Program-made: the position numbers and the translations under genes | Notes under the pieces: generated by a model | The model's input: the letters and a program-made list of their open reading frames with translations, nothing else | Databases searched by the model: none | Told to the model about the DNA's origin: nothing | Source of the DNA: Podarcis liolepis | Taxonomy: Eukaryota | Length of the DNA stretch: 64,000 bases | Strand: one strand, 5' to 3' | NCBI GenBank assembly: GCA_965112155.1 | Contig: OZ218102.1 | In this document: piece by piece, positions 58,940-64,000 of the stretch | Position numbering within the stretch: the stretch's first letter is position 1 | Layout: every line of letters begins with the position of its first letter

Positions 58940-61495
58940 CTGTCAAAAGGGAAATGAGGGTTGTTTAACAAACGGAGAGGTTAGAAGCTGCTCACTTTGG
59001 GGCATTTCAGGGGTTTTGTGGGTGGTTTTTCTTTATCATTCTCGAAAAGAGCTCAAAGAAGAGTGAAAGGAAGTCAGGGCTTTGCCAGAAGAACATTCAA
59101 TGCTCCACCAATGGTTCTGAATATTGCACTGGCTTGAACCTGAGGCACTTTCATCTCTGGTTGGTAGGATGTAGATGGATCCACTTTGGAGGCCACTCGG
59201 CATAGAAGGGGTTAAAGAGATTATTGTTTCCAGGAGAGTTCTGGGGCAGACACCATTGGAGCATAGCTGTCAATGTTTCCCTTTTCTAAAGGGAAATTCC
59301 ATTATTCCGAATAGGATTCCTTGCAAGAAAAGGGAAAAGTTGACAGCTATGACTTGGAGGGGCTTTAAGTTGAGTAGTGGAACAGGCAGGGGAAGGGAGG
59401 GGTTAAAGAAGAAGAAGAAAAGAGGACCCTTGGGATGGGCAAGAAAAAGACACAGATGTGAGAAGTCAGAGGATATGACACTCAACATTAAATGTGCCTA
59501 AATGTTTAAGTATTGTCACTTAACTCAGCAGTGGTTTCGGGTGTGTTTACTGTATTTTTCTCTGGTTGTTGAATTTTTTTATATAAACCACCCTGAAATC
59601 CATTTTCATGAAGGGCAGTATACAACTATCTTAAATAAAAACGTAAACCAGCAAACAGGCAAATAAAATCAATTTTCAAAGCTATACCTATGGCTGCATT
59701 TGCATGCCCAAGCTAGATCAGTGTGTGTGCTGTATCTACAGTTCTGTGTACATAATGCATGTGGTGCTGTGCATGCATGCATGTGCCTGGTTGTGTACTG
59801 CGTGGGTCTGAACTTGAGATTCATTTACGTGCACCATGTCACATCTGTGCACACATCAGGAAAGGGACGCATTGCATTCACATATATTTGCGTGTTGGGA
59901 GGGGGGTCTGTTGTACTAAAAGCACAGGTGAGTGTGTGCTGCATATGCTGTCATTTCCATTTATACTGCCTGTAGCCTATTTAGCTGGAAGAGGAAGCAG
60001 AGGTGGAAGAACTGATGACCTTTCGTCTCTGGCATATTGAATGGCTCTGCAGGCTGAGGGTCTTGATATCCTTTCCTAGAGGGCTCATCTCCCTGCCTAC
60101 TACCTTTCCCCAAAGGCAGAATCTAGTCTGGCATGTGCAGGCAAACAGCTTTGTCAACCCCCAAAGGACATTATGTGCTGGCTTTGAAGATGCTGGGTTG
60201 TTATGGTGACGGGATGAGAGGCCATTTAGCATCTTGGCAATTTGGGTACACAGAAAGGGCTAGGGCCCCATTCTCTCTCTACTGCCTGTGGTTTATTTTC
60301 AGCCACTAATTATGGTCTGTTTCCCAGAAAGCCACCCACACTGTACTCTGGAGAGTGAAGTGGGGAGGAGCCCCGTGCATTGAGGTCCAACTGCAAACCA
60401 GAGCTACAGCTCCCCAAGAGGCTGTATACGTCTTAAAAGATTCCCCCTGCCGGGTCCCAACCCATTTTTACAGAAAGAAACTGACTACGGCTTCCAGGAT
60501 TAGTGATTGTGGTGGTGGACAATCTTGGTGGAGGGTAAAGAGTGCCTTTTTGCACAGTATCAACAGAATGCTTCCCAAATCTTTCCCCCAAATCTGTTAC
60601 AAAGCACCCCTAAAAACATCCAGCTTTTGTTATGATGGCCTGCACCTCAGAAGGACGTTGGTTTTAGTCTGGAGAGGCCTCAAGAGAGTCTCCATTACAG
60701 AAAGCCAAGCTCACATGTTCCAAGCAAGCTGAGCTGCAAAAGCCCCTGGCAAATTCATTGTCTCCTTTCACTGTAAATCTCTGCCATTCCTCCCTTATAA
60801 TTTGTAAATTTAGAAGTAAACGAAAGAGCACCATAAACAAGGATATGGCCACCAAAATATCACTCTCACGATTACTAATCAAGAAGTTTTTATCGCCTGA
60901 GGCTCTTGTCTGCAGAGTCCAAAAGACACGTTAATCTCTTTTCTCCAACTCACATAAACAGCAGATTAAGATGCATTTGTAAGAAGCCATTTTGCAAACA
61001 TCTTAGACACCATTTTAATTTCTTTACACTCATTCACTGCCAGGAAGACAGGTTTTGCCTTCTTTGCTTTTATGCTAATTTTTAAGCCCAAGGTAAGCAT
61101 AAAAGGTGATGCTTTTTGCCTTACCAATTAGGAATCCTTTGGATATCAAAGAGACCTCATCTCTCTCTGCCCAGTAACATCCCTGTGGACTCCCACTTCT
61201 CCTCCTCGCCCCTTTTTTTACTGCTGAAGTGGTGCTCTCATCTCCACCAGAACAAGGTATGAAACTCTCTCAAGCCCATCACCCGGCCAACCCCCACTCC
61301 CCTTCCCCCTATTTTCTCCTTTCAAGCCCCATCAGGTTCCTCTTTCTTAGGGAGACTTGCTGTCTTTATTCTCCTTGTCATGCCCCAAACTCTTCCTTTT
61401 GCTTTCTTCTAATTCTTGCCCTAAACTCTTCCCCAAAGTCGCTACCGAAATCTCTACCATTTCCCCCCCATTTGAGAACCTGAGCAGCCACTCAC

Positions 61496-61593
61496 GTGAA
61501 GCTGGCTTCACTGCCCTCGTGAGACAGGCAGGTCCCACCATTCTCACAGGGCCTGCTGGAGCAGCCATCCACAGAGAGTTCACAGTTTTGGCC
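61496..61593 (-). CDS. SLIT1: SLIT1 exon (98 nt), EGF-like 2: [33 protein letters not shown]
   Basis: ttccag| acceptor and |gtgagt donor. Confidence 0.95.
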
Positions 61594-62228
61594 CTGGAAT
61601 AAGGCAAGGAGAAGTAGCAGCCACAATACAAAGAACAAATGATAAAGCTCTGGCCAGGACGTGAGGTTTCTCAGTCTCAGGTCCTTGCTCATCAGCCATA
61701 AAAGAACAACAAAATAATAATAATAGGATTTTCTGCCTATAAATAATGCAGGCTGTCCTTTTTGGGATTGCTTGTTTTTGCCACCAGGATTTCCTTTATA
61801 GCTATTAGTCAAGAGTTGCCTTCCCAAGCAAGCGTTCTCTGTAAGTTTTGAAGTTCAGTTTCCATCATGATCAGGGACAATGGATGCTCTAGATCAAAAC
61901 ATCTGGCGAACATTCAGATGAAACAGCCAGTTCCACATTCTCCACTCCCACCCCCAGAAATAGTGGCAGCTCTAGGTCCAATCAGTAGGGACTGAGAGTG
62001 TATCTCGCCCATTCCTGATGGCAGTGATAAACTAGGCTGGTTGTCAAACTGGAGAATGGGTTCCTTCCACCATGTCTTGGTCCTTCTCTGAGCCTTTTTC
62101 TTTTGGTCGACACAAGCTGTCAGAGGCTATGGTCCCCAAAGCAGGGAGAAAGCCCAATCCTTCCCTTTGTCAATGATCCCTACACCCTCCCTAGTCACCC
62201 CTCTCCTCCCCTCCATCCCTCTTCTCAC

Positions 62229-62353
62229 CTTGTAGCCACTGGGGCAGATACAGCGGTAGGAGTCCAAAGGGTCTGGTTGACATGTGCCCCTATTTTGACA
62301 GGGACTGGAGAGGCAGGGGTTACACTTGGCCTGGATGATGAGGGGAGGAGGCC
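62229..62353 (-). CDS. SLIT1: SLIT1 exon (125 nt), EGF-like 1: PPPLIIQAKCNPCLSSPCQNRGTCQPDPLDSYRCICPSGYK
   Basis: tatgcag| acceptor and |gtgaga donor; in frame with neighbouring exons. Confidence 0.95.
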
Positions 62354-62639
62354 CTGCATAGATGAAAGAAACCAGACAACTAGGAATTGGGGTCAGAGCC
62401 AAAGAATCACTGAACGGGAGGGAGGGAGGATTTCCACACATCCTCCTGTGAAGACTGTCCCCCTTCTTGGCCAGAATCTTTTGCAAGGCACTTGCCAGAA
62501 ACATAGAGGAGATCGCAAACGGATTAATGGTGGAGCTGAATATATATTAACAGATGGAGGAGTTCTGAAAGGAGAGCCTGCCCACCCCACTCCATGGCAC
62601 AAAGCCAGGTTGGGCTTACTTGTTTTTCTTCTTTAAATA

Positions 62640-62760
62640 GGAGGCCCTGTAGCTCAGTGCTGGGACACATGCGTTGCATGCAGAATTTCCTAGGTTCAAT
62701 CCCTGGCTCCTCCAGTTTTTAAAAAAAGGGGGGGCTGGGTGGCAACTGATGGGAAAGACC
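62640..62760 (+). mobile_element. tRNA-derived SINE head (Squam3-like), degenerate
   Basis: gtagctcagtg (A box)...ggttcaatccc (B box)...gggaaagacc. Confidence 0.6.
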
Positions 62761-63394
62761 TTTGGACGATGAACAAACAGCCCAATGGGGTTTGCCATAT
62801 AGAGAGGCCCGGAACAGGCTGGAAGATGCGAATAGTTGGAGTGTTCCTATATAGACACTCTTACCACGTCAGCTAGGCTGGATTTGTCTCTAGTGACTTA
62901 GCTGGATGAGAAGGCTATGGAAGGAGGAGGCAACATAGCCTCCAGCCTGTGTCCTTCCTCCAGGTCTTCCTTCACCAAGACACCCATCTTACCTTCTCAA
63001 CACTATGGACCAAACATGATAGGAGTAGCACATGTGTGGGCCAATGTGGTGAGACACAGAAGTTGCACAAGCTTCGCCACAGTTCCAATTACTAGCATAA
63101 AACCCTTCCTTTCATCTCCCCCCTCCTCACACATTAACAGCCCTCATGCTCCCTCACTATGTGCCTCATGCTCAACCAACAGGCCCAAGCCCTATAGTAC
63201 TTGGAGTTACCCAAACTGTTTACCTGACCTGCCTTGGAGCTAAGGTGCCCCAGCCTCGGTCCCAGTTTGGTTGGGAAAGGGAAGAGGGCCAAAGAGCAAC
63301 CGGGCAGGGTAGGGTGGACCAGAAAGAGCCATTGTTTGGACAAAGCTGCTCTACAAAATGAATAAAGTATCCTATAAAGTATTTATTCACTTAC

Positions 63395-63558
63395 CTAGGC
63401 ACTCAAACTTCTTGGCAGGAGTGGTGAGCAGCAGTTTGCCCTCCATATCCGCAGGGCCAGCACAGCGGGCAATGCCAGGCTCCTTGTAGCCAGTTTTGAC
63501 CCAGCCTGAGAGCCAGCGCATGTGGCAGTCACAGTGCAGTGGGTTGGCACCGATGGCT
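63395..63558 (-). CDS. SLIT1: SLIT1 exon (164 nt), LRR C-terminal cap: [54 protein letters not shown]
   Basis: cacag| acceptor and |gtaagt donor on the - strand; Slit LRRCT motif NPLxCDC...YKEPGIARC. Confidence 0.95.
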
Positions 63559-64000
63559 CTGTGAAGCAGGGAGAACCAGAATATCTACATAACGCCTTAA
63601 GGTCTGGAGGGGGGCTGTCCATTCATTGCATTTGATCTCTCTGGCTGCCTCTAGTGGCCGTGGAACTGATTAATAAGTAAGGTTTCTATTTTCAGACTCT
63701 GAAACTGCCCTCATAGAGCAACATAGCTGCAATCTGAGGTAGTCTCTCCCTTTCTTCATACTGTTCTTAAAGGTATGATTCACACATGCTGGCTTGCAAC
63801 TTGCTATCTCAGTTCCTGACAACATCACTCAATAAGATGCAGCTAAATGTGCAAATTGCGGCCACCGTAATGCATGGTGTTGGTACCACTCATCACTTCA
63901 GGGTGCGGGTGCTGAGTGATGAACACACATAGAGACTGTAGTCCCTAGGGTTGCCGCCTTGCCTAGAGGTGCTGCTTATTAGCATATCTACAATCTTTTC

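Noticed and set aside
1-64000. Prokaryotic-type systems (CRISPR, operons, defence islands), rRNA/tRNA genes, or autonomous transposase/RT ORFs
   Set aside because: None seen. The window is spliced vertebrate gene sequence with only non-autonomous or degraded repeats.

Overview
Eukaryotic (vertebrate) DNA from a squamate reptile, probably a lacertid lizard, judged by two young Sauria SINE copies and other squamate-type repeats. The window holds the 3' part of LCOR on the + strand and the last 12 coding exons of SLIT1 on the - strand, arranged tail to tail. LCOR has shared exons at 1367-1499, 2906-3193 and 7646-7739, which splice to one of two alternative last exons. The proximal exon (CDS 10756-11725) gives the 433-aa HTH/pipsqueak corepressor LCoR. 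The distal giant exon (CDS 33648-38337, the C10orf12 exon) gives the PRC2/G9a-binding isoform PALI1 (1673 aa from Met 2956). All 12 SLIT1 exons have GT-AG boundaries and join into one open frame (LRRCT, EGF1-6, LamG, EGF7-9, cystine knot). Main leads: (i) the exons upstream of the conventional LCOR start are an open, in-frame, LCORL-like N-terminal extension that also carries an overlapping uORF; (ii) a candidate 36-nt frame-preserving microexon (26992-27027) specific to the PALI1 splice path; (iii) a candidate third, truncating last exon (10486-~10660); (iv) a near-identical inverted MITE pair in the probable PALI1 3' UTR that could form long dsRNA. A 140-N assembly gap lies at 19984-20123. 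Splice models come from manual reading, and human comparisons are from memory, not from database searches.
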